The notes: a model not told the origin generated them from the letters alone. A DNA stretch of 64,000 bases from Lentisphaeria bacterium (GCA_041651315.1 JBAZJM010000004.1:1223-65222), one strand, 5' to 3'. Counted from the first letter of the stretch, positions 1-9,541 are shown. Numbers and translations are program-made.

Positions 1-46
1 GCGTTACGCCGCCGAGTTTGCCGGGGCGAATGGAACGCTGCCGCCG

Positions 47-745
47 ATGCAGCAGCTCAAACTGGAGCACACCCGGCGGGTCGCCGCCGAGGCCCGCGGC
101 ATTGCCGCCGAAGCGGGCTGGGACGCCGGCGCGGTCGAGCTGGCCGCCGCCACCGGGCTGCTGCACGATGCGGGCCGCTTCTCCCAGTACGCCGAGTTCC
201 GCACCTTTGAGGACCGGCGCTCGGTCAATCATGCCGAACGCAGCCTGGCCGTGGTCGAGGCCGCCGGCATCCCGTCCTGGCTGGCCCCGGACGAGGCCGC
301 CATCCTGCGGGACGCCATCCGCCTCCACAACCGCCCCGCCCTTCCCGCCGACACCCCCGCCGCCAGCCGGCCCTTTGCCGAACTGCTGCGCGACGCCGAC
401 AAGCTCGACATTTTTTATGTTTTCGAGGACGCCCTGGCCAACGACCGCCTCAGCCTTTATCCGGAGATTGTCCTGCACGTGCGCCTGGAGGGACCGCCAA
501 GCCCCGCCGTGCTCGAGGCTTTTTTCAAGCGCGAGCCCGTGCACTACCCCGCCATCCAGGCGGTGAGCGATTTCCTCATCGTGCAACTGTTGTGGCTGGA
601 GGAGTTGCGCTTCCGCCCCGCCCTGCAGCGGGTCGCCGGCCGCGGCATCATCGACCGCCTGGCCCGCCACCTGCCGCCCTTCCCGGAACGAGATGCGGTG
701 ATCGCACTCTGCCGCCGCGGACTCGCCGAACGGCTCAGTTCCTGA
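47..745 (+). CDS. HD-domain metal-dependent phosphohydrolase. It may be 5'-truncated, because the frame stays open back to nt 2.
   Basis: ORF 47..745 carries the HD motif LLHDAGRF and a later DADKLD, typical of the HD superfamily. Confidence 0.6.
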   Translation: MQQLKLEHTRRVAAEARGIAAEAGWDAGAVELAAATGLLHDAGRFSQYAEFRTFEDRRSVNHAERSLAVVEAAGIPSWLAPDEAAILRDAIRLHNRPALPADTPAASRPFAELLRDADKLDIFYVFEDALANDRLSLYPEIVLHVRLEGPPSPAVLEAFFKREPVHYPAIQAVSDFLIVQLLWLEELRFRPALQRVAGRGIIDRLARHLPPFPERDAVIALCRRGLAERLSS

Positions 746-784
746 CCGTGGCGAACACCAGGCCGCCCCGGAACCGCTTCAGCC

Positions 785-1447
785 TCACTCCGGATCCGGC
801 CGGGACACGGCATCATGGAACAGCTGCAGGAACGAACAGATGATCTGGCGGTTTTTGACCACCACGGTGGGCGGGACGCGCAGCCGCACCCGGGTATAAT
901 TGAGGATGCCGCGCACGCCCCCGGCCACCAGGGCGTCGGAGACCTCCTGGGCGGCCGTCTTGGGCACCGTCAGCACGGCCAATTCCACCTGGTTGCGGAG
1001 GCAGAATTCCTGGATGTTGCGGGCATGCTGGACCCGCACCGGCCCGAGGCGGCTGCCGACCACCTGCGGCATGACGTCGAACGCCCCCACCAGCTCCATG
1101 CCGTAGTCGGCCATCGGCACATGCATCGCCAGCGTGCTGCCCAGGCGGCCGCACCCCACCAGCACCATCTTCTTTTGGGAATCAATGCCCAGCGTGGTGC
1201 GGATCATCCGCTCCAGTTCGCGCACCCGGTAGCCCTGCCCGACCCGGCCGGTGTGCCCCAGGCAGCACAAATCCTGGCGCACCTGGCTGGCGTTGTTGCC
1301 GTAGAGAACCGCCAGGCCGCGGCTCGACACCACGTCCCGGCCACCCTCCGCCAGCTCCTCCAGAATGATGAGATATTCGGACAGGCGTGAAATAGTGGGA
1401 GGCGCCAGCCGGCGGCTCTTGCTGCCGCGATCATCTGTTTCGCTCAC
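785..1447 (-). CDS. rex: Redox-sensing transcriptional repressor Rex
   Basis: 220 aa. N-terminal winged-helix region (ISRLSEYLIILEEL) followed by a Rossmann GxGxxG (VGCGRLGSTLA), with the typical Rex length and layout. Confidence 0.85.
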   Translation of the reverse strand: MSETDDRGSKSRRLAPPTISRLSEYLIILEELAEGGRDVVSSRGLAVLYGNNASQVRQDLCCLGHTGRVGQGYRVRELERMIRTTLGIDSQKKMVLVGCGRLGSTLAMHVPMADYGMELVGAFDVMPQVVGSRLGPVRVQHARNIQEFCLRNQVELAVLTVPKTAAQEVSDALVAGGVRGILNYTRVRLRVPPTVVVKNRQIICSFLQLFHDAVSRPDPE

Positions 1448-1645
1448 GTCACCCGCCTCAAAAAGGTTTCAGACTTGGGGAACCGTTTTCGGCCCGTAAC
1501 CTAACCGCCCGGCCGCATCCCGTCCACCGCCACCGAAATGCCGGCGCAAACTTGAACTCACCGCCGGTTGCGTCATGTTGCCAGTCGTTTGTCGTCGCCG
1601 TCATCCCCCACGCTCCCACACCACCGTTTTCCCTTGTCGCACGCC

Positions 1646-2827
1646 ATGAAAAATCCGTTTCGTTCCGTCACCCTCGCCTGCGCCCTCCTGGCCGTTGCCG
1701 CCGCCTCCGCCGAGGAAGTCAACGTCATCAAGACCGCCGCTTCCGGCAATCCCGGCCTGTGCCTGGTGGACTACCAGGGGCCGGCCGCCGGCCAGGCCCG
1801 GCTGCTCAAGGTGCTGACCCAGTCCGACTGGTTCACCGTGCTGCCGACCTCGGGCGGGGCCAAGTATCGCCTGAAGGCGCGCTACAGCCCCGGGGTGATC
1901 GATCTGGAACTGGCCGCCGGCGCCGGCATGCCGGTGCGGATCCGCCAGACCTCCAGCCGTCCCGAATGGGCGATCTACAAGGGCGTGGACGCCCTGATCG
2001 AAAAGGTGTTCCGCAATCCCGGCCCCTGCGCCTCGTCCATTGCCTTCGTCAACGGCACCGGCACCCGCAAGGAGATTTTCACCTGCCTGTTTGACGGCAC
2101 CGGCGCCCGCGCCGTCACCACCAACCAGAGCATCTCCACCGAACCCTCCTGGGGGCCGCGCGGCACCCTGGTCTACACGCTGTACCAAGGGTGCTTCACT
2201 GACGTGGTGCTGGCCGACCTGGTCAACCGGAGGCAGCGCCGCATCTCCGAGTTCCCCGGCCTCAACGCCAGTGCCGACCTGTCGCCGGACGGCTCCCAAG
2301 TGGCCATCTGTCTGAGCCGCGACCGCACGGTGGACCTGTACGTGATGGGCGTCCAAACCAAGGCCCTGCGCCGGCTAACCCGCGACGCCGCCGTCGAGGC
2401 CTCCCCCTGCTGGTCACCGGACGGCCGCACCATCTGCTTCGTCTCCGACCGCGCCGGCAAACCGGGACTATACCTGATCTCCGCCGGCGGCGGCACGGCA
2501 CGGCGCCTGCTGGGCAGCTCGGCGGAAACCGTGTCGCCCAGCTGGTCGCCGGTTTCCAACAAGATCTGCTTCGCCACCCGCGCCTTCACCGGCGAATACG
2601 GGATCGGCATGCTGGACATGGCCAAGGGCGGACGGACGCCGCAACCGGTGGCCACCAACGCGCGCTGGGAAGCCCCCTCCTGGGCGCCCGACGGCCGGCA
2701 CGTGGTCGCCGCCCGCAAGAACGGCGGCAGCCGCGACCTGTGCATCGTCGACACCCAGTTCGGCACCATCCTGCCGATCACCCGCGCCGGCCCCTACTCG
2801 CTGCCGTCCTGGTCGCCGGCCCAGTAA
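1646..2827 (+). CDS. tolB: TolB-like periplasmic beta-propeller protein
   Basis: The internal ATG at 1646 gives the signal peptide MKNPFRSVTLACALLAVAAASAEE. Repeated SPDG/WSPDG...LY propeller blades are typical of TolB. The ORF track start at 1568 adds a non-signal-like extension. Confidence 0.7.
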   Translation: MKNPFRSVTLACALLAVAAASAEEVNVIKTAASGNPGLCLVDYQGPAAGQARLLKVLTQSDWFTVLPTSGGAKYRLKARYSPGVIDLELAAGAGMPVRIRQTSSRPEWAIYKGVDALIEKVFRNPGPCASSIAFVNGTGTRKEIFTCLFDGTGARAVTTNQSISTEPSWGPRGTLVYTLYQGCFTDVVLADLVNRRQRRISEFPGLNASADLSPDGSQVAICLSRDRTVDLYVMGVQTKALRRLTRDAAVEASPCWSPDGRTICFVSDRAGKPGLYLISAGGGTARRLLGSSAETVSPSWSPVSNKICFATRAFTGEYGIGMLDMAKGGRTPQPVATNARWEAPSWAPDGRHVVAARKNGGSRDLCIVDTQFGTILPITRAGPYSLPSWSPAQ

Positions 2828-2846
2828 CGCCCCGACCCTTCCGGAT

Positions 2847-2914
2847 CCCGAGTCACGAATCCCGAGTCACGAATCACGAGTCACGGGTCACGGATTACGG
2901 GTCACGAGTCACCC
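2847..2914. repeat. About 4.9 tandem copies of a 14-nt unit (two heptads), consensus CACGAGTCACGNNT
   Basis: The units can be read directly: cccgagtcacgaat x2, cacgagtcacgggt, cacggattacgggt, cacgagtcaccc. The array lies between the convergent tolB-like and xseB genes, and its last unit overlaps the xseB stop codon. Confidence 0.9.
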
Positions 2915-3193
2915 CTCCGCGTCGCCGGACGGCCCGGCAAACGGCCCCCATTCCGGCGCGGCCGGATCCTTCTTCAGCAGGATCTCGACCTTTTTTTCCG
3001 CCTCCCCCAGTTTTTGGGCGCAATACGCCGCCAGCCCCATGCCTTCGCTGTATTTCTTCAGCGATTCCTCGAGGCTAACCCGGCCGCCTTCCAACTCGGC
3101 AACCACGGCTTCCAGCCGGGCCAGCGCCGGTTCAAACCCCGGCTCCGCCGGAACGGCTCCGCTTCCCTGGGCATCCTTGTTCTTGACTGGCAT
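2909..3193 (-). CDS. xseB: Exodeoxyribonuclease VII small subunit
   Basis: FEPALARLEAVVAELEGGRVSLEESLKKYSEGMGL matches the XseB helical hairpin. It lies immediately downstream of xseA. The start is taken at MPVKNK (3193); the ORF track start is 3217. Confidence 0.85.
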   Translation of the reverse strand: MPVKNKDAQGSGAVPAEPGFEPALARLEAVVAELEGGRVSLEESLKKYSEGMGLAAYCAQKLGEAEKKVEILLKKDPAAPEWGPFAGPSGDAEG

Positions 3194-3229
3194 GGCAAGG
3201 CTCCTTGTCCGTTGCACAACAACCGTTCG

Positions 3230-4567
3230 TTATGAGGCCGGATCCGCTTTGCGGTCCGGTGCTTCCGGCAAGCCGCCACGCCGGCCGGTGACCATCAGGT
3301 CCAGCTCCCCCTCCGCCAACACCCCGCGCAAGCGTTGCCCGAGGGGCACGGCGGCGGCGGTGGTGACCGCCTGCCCGTCGTCGGCCAGCAGGATGGCATA
3401 GCCGCGGCGCAACACCCGGCGTGGATCGAGTGCCGTCAGGCGGCCGTTGGCACGCTCCAGCCGCCCGCGGGCACGCTCCAGCCCCTGGGCCACCGCCCGG
3501 GCCAGGCGCGTCACCAGGTCGTCGACCCGCTGCTGGTACAGGCGAATCAGATGGGCCGGCTCGCGAAACACCGGATGTCCGGCGGCCCGCTGCAGCCGTT
3601 CGCGCAGCCGCGCCAGCTCCAAAGCCAGCGCCGCCGCCAGCCGCCGGCGCAACTGGGTGAGGCGCTCCAGGATTTCCGCCTGGCGGCCGATGACCAGTTC
3701 GGCCGCGGCGGTCGGCGTCGGGGCGCGCGCATCAGCCACAAAGTCGCAGATGGTGAAGTCCACCTCGTGCCCGACCGCGCTGACCACCGGAATGGCCGAG
3801 GCCGCCACCGCCCGAGCCAGCGCCTCGTCATTGAACGGCCACAGGTCTTCCAGGCTGCCGCCGCCGCGGGTCAGCACCAGCACGTCGCAGGCTTCGGCCG
3901 CATTGAAAAACTCGATGCCGCGCCGCAGTTCGGCGGCCGCGGCCTCCCCCTGCACTGCGGCCGGATAGATGCGGACATGGCAGTTGGCCGAACGCTGTCC
4001 GAGCAGCTTAAGAAAATCACGCACCGCCGCCCCTTGGGGGGAGGTGACCACGCCAATGACCCGCGGCAGCGCCGGCAGCGGCCGCTTGCGCTCGGGATCA
4101 AACAAGCCTTCCGCCTGCAGCCGGCGCTTCAGCTCTTCAAACCGCTGTTGCAGCGTGCCGACACCTTTGGCCCGCAGGCTGTCCGCCACCAGCTGATACT
4201 GGCCGCGCGGTTCATAGACGGTCAGCCGTCCATGCACCTCCACCGCCAGCCCGTCGCGCATACCAGCCTGACGGGCCGCCGCCGCGCCACGAAAAAAGAC
4301 CACCGCAACCTGGCTGCGCGCATCCTTGAGGGTGAAATACACGTGCCCGGAACTGTGGAGGACCAGGTTGCTGATCTCGCCGGCCACCCACAGCGGCGCC
4401 AGGCTGGCCTCCAGCAACTCACGGAGCATCCGGTTCAGGTCCGACACCTTCCAGATCTGGGCGGCGCCGTCTTCCGTGTTCATGCCGTCAGCTCCGGGGG
4501 GAGGATAAGGGCTGGCCGGCAACCCCTGCCGCAAAACAGCATGGATCGCCGGCCACAGGTCAATCAA
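3230..4567 (-). CDS. xseA: Exodeoxyribonuclease VII large subunit
   Basis: 445 aa. The OB-fold N-terminus WVAGEISNLVLHSSGHVYFTLKD is followed by the catalytic region PVVSAVGHEVDFTI. Confidence 0.9.
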   Translation of the reverse strand: MIDLWPAIHAVLRQGLPASPYPPPGADGMNTEDGAAQIWKVSDLNRMLRELLEASLAPLWVAGEISNLVLHSSGHVYFTLKDARSQVAVVFFRGAAAARQAGMRDGLAVEVHGRLTVYEPRGQYQLVADSLRAKGVGTLQQRFEELKRRLQAEGLFDPERKRPLPALPRVIGVVTSPQGAAVRDFLKLLGQRSANCHVRIYPAAVQGEAAAAELRRGIEFFNAAEACDVLVLTRGGGSLEDLWPFNDEALARAVAASAIPVVSAVGHEVDFTICDFVADARAPTPTAAAELVIGRQAEILERLTQLRRRLAAALALELARLRERLQRAAGHPVFREPAHLIRLYQQRVDDLVTRLARAVAQGLERARGRLERANGRLTALDPRRVLRRGYAILLADDGQAVTTAAAVPLGQRLRGVLAEGELDLMVTGRRGGLPEAPDRKADPAS

Positions 4568-4594
4568 TCAACCGGTTCGGCGCGCGGGCGCCGG

Positions 4595-5101
4595 TCACTT
4601 CGCCGGGGCGGCCGGCGGGGCCGGAATGGCCGCCGGTTTGGCCGGGACGGGCGGACGCCGCATGGCCGGCATCGGGGGCCGCATTTTTTCCGCCTGGTCC
4701 CGCAGCGTCTTCATCTTGTCGTAAAGGGCCTTCAGCTCAGGATCCCGGTCGGCCAGCACGCTCTGCCGCTTCTGCTGCAGGGACACCTCCTTGGCGTGGG
4801 TTTCATCACGGAACGCCTTGAGCTCCTTCTCTACCGCCTGGTACGCCTCCTTGGCAACGGCATCCTTGGCCAGCAACGCCCGCTCCTTCACGGTGATGCT
4901 GGTCCGGACATCCCGGATTTCCTGGAGCAGGGCGGGCATCTTTTGGGCGGCCGGCGCCACGGCCTTGACTTCGGCGGCCGGGGCCGCCACGACAGGAGCG
5001 GCAGGAGCGGCGGCCTTGTCTTCGGCAGCCGCGCCCAAAGCCAGCCCCGCTCCCAGTCCGAGCCCAAGGGTCACCATTTTCATCGCATGCTTCATGTCCA
5101 T
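4595..5101 (-). CDS. Secreted Ala/Pro-rich coiled-coil protein of unknown function
   Basis: Signal-peptide-like N-terminus (MKMVTLGLGLGAGLALGAAA), a central charged helical region and a Pro/Ala-rich tail. No family recognised. Confidence 0.5.
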   Translation of the reverse strand: MDMKHAMKMVTLGLGLGAGLALGAAAEDKAAAPAAPVVAAPAAEVKAVAPAAQKMPALLQEIRDVRTSITVKERALLAKDAVAKEAYQAVEKELKAFRDETHAKEVSLQQKRQSVLADRDPELKALYDKMKTLRDQAEKMRPPMPAMRRPPVPAKPAAIPAPPAAPAK

Positions 5102-5228
5102 TTTCTCCTTGATGTTTTTTTCACCGGCTCTGCCGGCGATGGCTTGTGCGCGCCAATATAGACGGTAGCCAACAAATCAACAAGACACCGAATCCGCCGC
5201 CAAGTTCCCCGGCCGCGCAACCCGTGGG

Positions 5229-6755
5229 TCAGGGGTGGGGCGCCGAAGCGGCGGCCGGCGCCGGCACCGCCGCCGGGCCGCCCCACCGGAAGAACCACAG
5301 GGCCCGGCCGGTCCCCTGGCCGCCCTGCCGGCCCCAGCCGGCCAGGCCGGTCAGCAGTTGCAGCTCGTAGCCGCCGGGGTCGGCACGGTAACTGAACAGG
5401 GGAAACAGGGAACATTTCCGGGTGCGTTCCGGGTCGCCACGATACTGGGCCAGCCCCCACAACAGGTCGTGGCCGGCCACGCCATCCCGCCGGTCCCAGT
5501 TGTACACGGTCCACAACGGCGCCCAGTTCCGGTAAACCACCGCCGGCCCGCCCGCCGGCCACAGCGCCAGCACGCGCAGCCGCTGCGCCTCCGGGCCGTG
5601 TTCATAACGCCACAGCGGCCAGACCTGGTGATGCCAGGCCACCGGCGCGCCGGTTTCCGTACGGACGGTCTCCTTCCAAAAGAACGGCATGACCCCGGTG
5701 TAATGCCGCTGCTGTTTTTTCTCCGGAACCTGCCACCAATGGATCACCGGCCACAGGGCGTAGTTCACCTCGCGGCCGGGGCTTTGCATGCTCCCATAAA
5801 ACGGCCACACATGAAACGAGCGTTCCCGGCCGAAACTCGTGTCGGCGTCAGCGGTCCGGTAGAACGGCCAGGGACAGCGGAAATAGTGCACTTTTTCCGC
5901 ATCGCCGCCACTGAAGAACGGCCACAGCACCGTCCAGGAATGGCTGACTTCCCGGCCGGTTTTGTCATATTGATGGTCGGCACCACACAGCGGGAACAGC
6001 ATCCAGCTCTCCCCCCGGCGGCCGGTGCGCGGGTCAGGAAACCGCTCCGCCTGATGCCAGAACGGCCACACGACATGGGTCTGCTTCTGCCGGGCATCCT
6101 GGGATCGCACGTAAAACGGGAACACCCGCCACCGGTCCACTTGGTTGCCCCCCTGGCTCTGGCCGAAGATCGGCCACAACCAGCAGGACGATTTCACCCC
6201 GCCCTTGTCGGTGGCAACATAGACCGGGAACAGCCAGAACGTCACATGGTCGAACCCCAGCCAGTCGCCGATGGTGCCGCCAACGGGAAACAACGCCCAG
6301 TACGGCTGGCCGGCACTGTCGCGGCCGTTGAACCACAAGGGCAGCAGCCACCAGCGTTCGCGGCTGGCCGGATCGGCGTCGTTGAGGCGGGTATGCAGAA
6401 AGGGGGTCACCCACTGGTAGCTCCCCGCGTCCTGATGGCGGCCAAAGGCGAACGGCCAAACCACCTCCCAGCCCCGGGCCCCGAAATCATCCGCTTCGCC
6501 CGTGTAAGAAGTGTACAGGGGACGGAAAAACGCCGTTTCCCGCACCGGCCCCGGAGCGGGCTCCGGCAACTCCTGCAGGAACGGCCCAAAGGCGCGCCAG
6601 CCGGCGCCGGCCGGCACATCCGGCCCCGTTTCCAGGAGTGGTGCCGCCTCAAAACCATGGGCGGCGGCCGCCACCAGCAGCAATCCGGCTGCCAGCACCG
6701 CCATTTTCCCGCCGGTTTCATCCTGCATCCGCATCTTCTGGCCCCCAGCTTGCAA
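5229..6755 (-). CDS. Secreted aromatic/Pro repeat protein (about 17 copies of an aromatic-x-aromatic-P-aromatic motif) of unknown function
   Basis: Signal peptide MAVLAAGLLLVAAAAHG. Recurring motifs include VVWPFAFG, WLWPIFG, VVWPFWH, VLWPFFSG, CPWPFYR, HVWPFYG, ALWPVIHW, QVWPLWRY and SLFPLFSY. The true start may be an internal Met (6734, 6728 or 6704). Confidence 0.6.
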   Translation of the reverse strand: MQAGGQKMRMQDETGGKMAVLAAGLLLVAAAAHGFEAAPLLETGPDVPAGAGWRAFGPFLQELPEPAPGPVRETAFFRPLYTSYTGEADDFGARGWEVVWPFAFGRHQDAGSYQWVTPFLHTRLNDADPASRERWWLLPLWFNGRDSAGQPYWALFPVGGTIGDWLGFDHVTFWLFPVYVATDKGGVKSSCWLWPIFGQSQGGNQVDRWRVFPFYVRSQDARQKQTHVVWPFWHQAERFPDPRTGRRGESWMLFPLCGADHQYDKTGREVSHSWTVLWPFFSGGDAEKVHYFRCPWPFYRTADADTSFGRERSFHVWPFYGSMQSPGREVNYALWPVIHWWQVPEKKQQRHYTGVMPFFWKETVRTETGAPVAWHHQVWPLWRYEHGPEAQRLRVLALWPAGGPAVVYRNWAPLWTVYNWDRRDGVAGHDLLWGLAQYRGDPERTRKCSLFPLFSYRADPGGYELQLLTGLAGWGRQGGQGTGRALWFFRWGGPAAVPAPAAASAPHP

Positions 6756-6838
6756 CTGCCCGGAAAACTCGCGCTAGATTACGCTTCCAAACATATCCGG
6801 CTCCCCAACCGCACGCAACTTCTGGCCCCCCAGGACGG

Positions 6839-9541
6839 ATGAAGACCTCCATGCGCTTCTTCGACGCTCTTTTTGCCGGTCAGGACGAGCCCCTGTCCTT
6901 CAGCCAGTCCCTGACCGCCACCCTGATCTTGGTGGCGGCCGCGGCGGCCACGCTCCTGCCGGGACTGAACGCCCCCCTGCCACAGGACGCCCTCCCCGCC
7001 GTGACCGCCGCCTGGCAGTTGCCGGCCGCCGGCCCCTACCAGCCGCTGGCCGCTCTGCTGCTGCAGTTCGGGGGGGCCGTGTTCCATCACCAGTTGTGGG
7101 GATTCCGCCTGCTGGCGTTTCTGGGACATGCCCTCGCCGCCACGCTGGTCTGGCGGACCGGGCGGCAGCTCCGCCTGCCCGGCGCCTGGCTGGCCGGACT
7201 GCTGGTGGCCATCCATCCCCTGGCAACCCTTCCCTTCTGGTGGCCCGCCAAAAGCGCCGCGGCGTGGGCGCTGGCCGCCATGCTGGGCACCCTGCTGTGC
7301 TACCGGCAACATCTGCGCGCCGAAGACCGCATCCGTTTCCCCTACGTGGCCGCCGTGATCCTGTTCCTCGCCGCCACCCTCCTGCACCCCGCCGCCGCGG
7401 CCCTGCTGCCAGTTCTCTGGATGCTGGGCTGGGCTCCGGCCCCACGCTCAACCCCCGGCCGCAGCACGCGCTCCCGCCGCCACTCCGAATCCGCCTCATC
7501 CTCCCGGACGCCAACCGCCAAACCGGTGGCCATCGCCGCCCAGCCGGCCGCGCCCCCCCCGGCCCCGCAACCAATCCCGGCCGCCATGTCCCTGCCTGAA
7601 CCGCGCCGGCCGACGGCCGCGCCCCCCCAAGCCGACGGTGCCCGTCACCACCACCATCACGGCCATCCTTCCCGGCACCGGCGGGAAGATGACCGGTCCT
7701 GGTGGCGCCGCCTCCTGCACTGGCGCCCCGCCAAAGCGCCGACGCCGGCCATGAGCCGCATCCCCCTCCCCAACCTGGACTTCAACAAAATCCGGCAGCC
7801 GGCCCTCCGCGACCTGGTCCGCCTGAGCCCGTTCCTGCTCCTGGCGCTGACCACCCTGGCCGTCAACCTGCTCCAACACCTCCGCGTCCTCCGTCTGACC
7901 CCGTCCTTCCAGCTGGCGCCTCCCGGCATTTCCGGCCTGGCCGCCACCGGCTGGGGGCTGATGCTGAGCCTGTTTCAAGCCCTGGTTCCGCTGCCCGGCA
8001 TGATTCTCCGCAATCCCTGGGCCCCCTCCCCGGCCGGCGTGACGGCATGGCTGTGCCTGGGGTTGCCGCTGGCCGTTGCGGTGGCAGCCGGGTTTTACCG
8101 GAACCGCTGGGGCCGCCTGTGGCTGCCGTTGCTGACCGGCCAGTTGCTGCTGGCCATGGTCTTCATCATCCTGCTGGCCCCCGTCAGCCTGACCGAACGC
8201 CTGGGCGTGTTTTCCGGGGCCTACCTGTTGCTGCCCGGATGGAGCCTGGCTCTGACCGCCGCCGCCGGTACCCTGCTGGCCGGCCTGCCGCCGTCGGGCC
8301 GCCGGGCCGCCGCCCTGACCCTGTCCGTGCTGGCGCTGGCCGGCATCGGCAGCGCCACCCTGGCCAGCCGGACCGTCTTGGGATCAGCTGACCGCTTTTG
8401 GGAAAAACTGGCCCAGTTCAGTCCCGACTCCCCCGTGGTCCAAACCCGGCTTGCCAAACGCCTGGCCGCCACGGGAGAATACACAAAAGCCCAAGCCGGT
8501 TTCGAAAAAGTGCTCGCCAGCCATCCCGACCATGTTCCGGCCCTGGAAGGGCTCGCCCAATGCCTGCAGGTCGAGGGTAACAGTTATCTGGCGGTGGCCA
8601 AACTGGAGAAGGCAGTCAGCCTCGATGCGGAAAATCCGTGGCTCCGCTTCCGCCTGGCCACCGCGCTCATGGATTGGAACATGGACGCCCGAGCCGCCGA
8701 CGAACTCCGCCAGGCGGCAATCCTCAAGGGCGACTTCCCCGAAGCCACCCTGCTCATGGCCGCCGCCATCGCCCGCAACCAGCGCACCTCGGAAGCCGGA
8801 GCCATCCTGGAAAAACAGCTCCAGCAACACCCGACCTACGCTCCCGCCCAGGCCCTGCTCGGCTTTCTGATGTCCGGACGCAGTGACGACCAGGCGGCCA
8901 ACCGGTGCTTTGAGCAGGCGGCCAAACTGGACCCGGACCGCCCCCTGTTCCGCCTCTGCCGCGCTTGGCATCGTTATGTCCGCAACCAGAATGGCCAGGC
9001 CAGGGCCGACCTCGAGGTCGTCCTCCAGCACACCCCCGGCTCCCCCCTTGCCAACCTGCTGATGGCCGCCGCCACCGCCGATGCCGGCCAGGCCGAGGCG
9101 GCACACCGCCACCTGGAGAGCGCCATCACCGCCGCACCGCGCGACCCCGCCGTTCTTACCATGGCCGCCGCCATCTACGGCACCCATCCCCTGACCGCCG
9201 TGCGCAACCCCTCCCGGGCCGTGGAACTCGCCAAAGCCGCCTGCAGCATCTCGGAAAACCGCAGTTTGGACAGCCTGATTGTCCTGGCTTTCGCCTACGC
9301 CAACGCCGGCGACCCCCTGCACGCGGAACGAACCGTCCAGCGCGCCCTGCCGCTGAGCAACGACAGCCGTCAACGCCGGCAGACCGATCTGCTGCAAGTC
9401 TTCCTCGGCGCCCTCAATGAACCGTCGGGCGCCCAACTGAAAGCCTTTCTGCGGACGCAGATCCAGGTCACCGATTTCGCCGACGCCCTCAAGGTCATCC
9501 CCAACGAAGTCAAGACCCTCGAGCAACCACACCTCCCTTGA
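6839..9541 (+). CDS. Polytopic membrane protein with C-terminal TPR repeats (GT-C/O-antigen-ligase-like N-terminal region is possible)
   Basis: The start is taken at ATG 6839 (MKTSMRFFDALF). It has multiple hydrophobic segments, a basic/Pro/His-rich insert, and then about 450 aa of TPR-like repeats (AxxxLxxAxxLDPxxP patterns). Confidence 0.7.
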   Translation: MKTSMRFFDALFAGQDEPLSFSQSLTATLILVAAAAATLLPGLNAPLPQDALPAVTAAWQLPAAGPYQPLAALLLQFGGAVFHHQLWGFRLLAFLGHALAATLVWRTGRQLRLPGAWLAGLLVAIHPLATLPFWWPAKSAAAWALAAMLGTLLCYRQHLRAEDRIRFPYVAAVILFLAATLLHPAAAALLPVLWMLGWAPAPRSTPGRSTRSRRHSESASSSRTPTAKPVAIAAQPAAPPPAPQPIPAAMSLPEPRRPTAAPPQADGARHHHHHGHPSRHRREDDRSWWRRLLHWRPAKAPTPAMSRIPLPNLDFNKIRQPALRDLVRLSPFLLLALTTLAVNLLQHLRVLRLTPSFQLAPPGISGLAATGWGLMLSLFQALVPLPGMILRNPWAPSPAGVTAWLCLGLPLAVAVAAGFYRNRWGRLWLPLLTGQLLLAMVFIILLAPVSLTERLGVFSGAYLLLPGWSLALTAAAGTLLAGLPPSGRRAAALTLSVLALAGIGSATLASRTVLGSADRFWEKLAQFSPDSPVVQTRLAKRLAATGEYTKAQAGFEKVLASHPDHVPALEGLAQCLQVEGNSYLAVAKLEKAVSLDAENPWLRFRLATALMDWNMDARAADELRQAAILKGDFPEATLLMAAAIARNQRTSEAGAILEKQLQQHPTYAPAQALLGFLMSGRSDDQAANRCFEQAAKLDPDRPLFRLCRAWHRYVRNQNGQARADLEVVLQHTPGSPLANLLMAAATADAGQAEAAHRHLESAITAAPRDPAVLTMAAAIYGTHPLTAVRNPSRAVELAKAACSISENRSLDSLIVLAFAYANAGDPLHAERTVQRALPLSNDSRQRRQTDLLQVFLGALNEPSGAQLKAFLRTQIQVTDFADALKVIPNEVKTLEQPHLP

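Noticed and set aside
1448-1645. A Rex operator (TTGTGAA-N4-TTCACAA type) in the divergent rex/tolB-like intergenic region
   Set aside because: I read through the region and found no convincing match to the consensus.
2847-2914. A possible CRISPR array (also considered at 13585-13675 and 58432-58503)
   Set aside because: The repeat units are only 7-14 nt and directly abut each other with no spacers. No cas genes are in the window.
3335-5161. A long + strand ORF (608 aa) and similar shadow ORFs: 5235..6842, 13556..14974, 15825..17813, 17729..19180, 41476..42987, 43758..45104, 46539..48236, 49032..50126, 51590..53092, 53049..54335, 54835..56364 and 61766..63307
   Set aside because: Each lies antisense to a gene with strong family signatures (xseA, alaA, amtB, ettA, zwf, the SSF transporter, leuA, serC and others). 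Each translates to Arg/Gly/Pro/Ala-rich sequence typical of wrong-frame high-GC ORFs.
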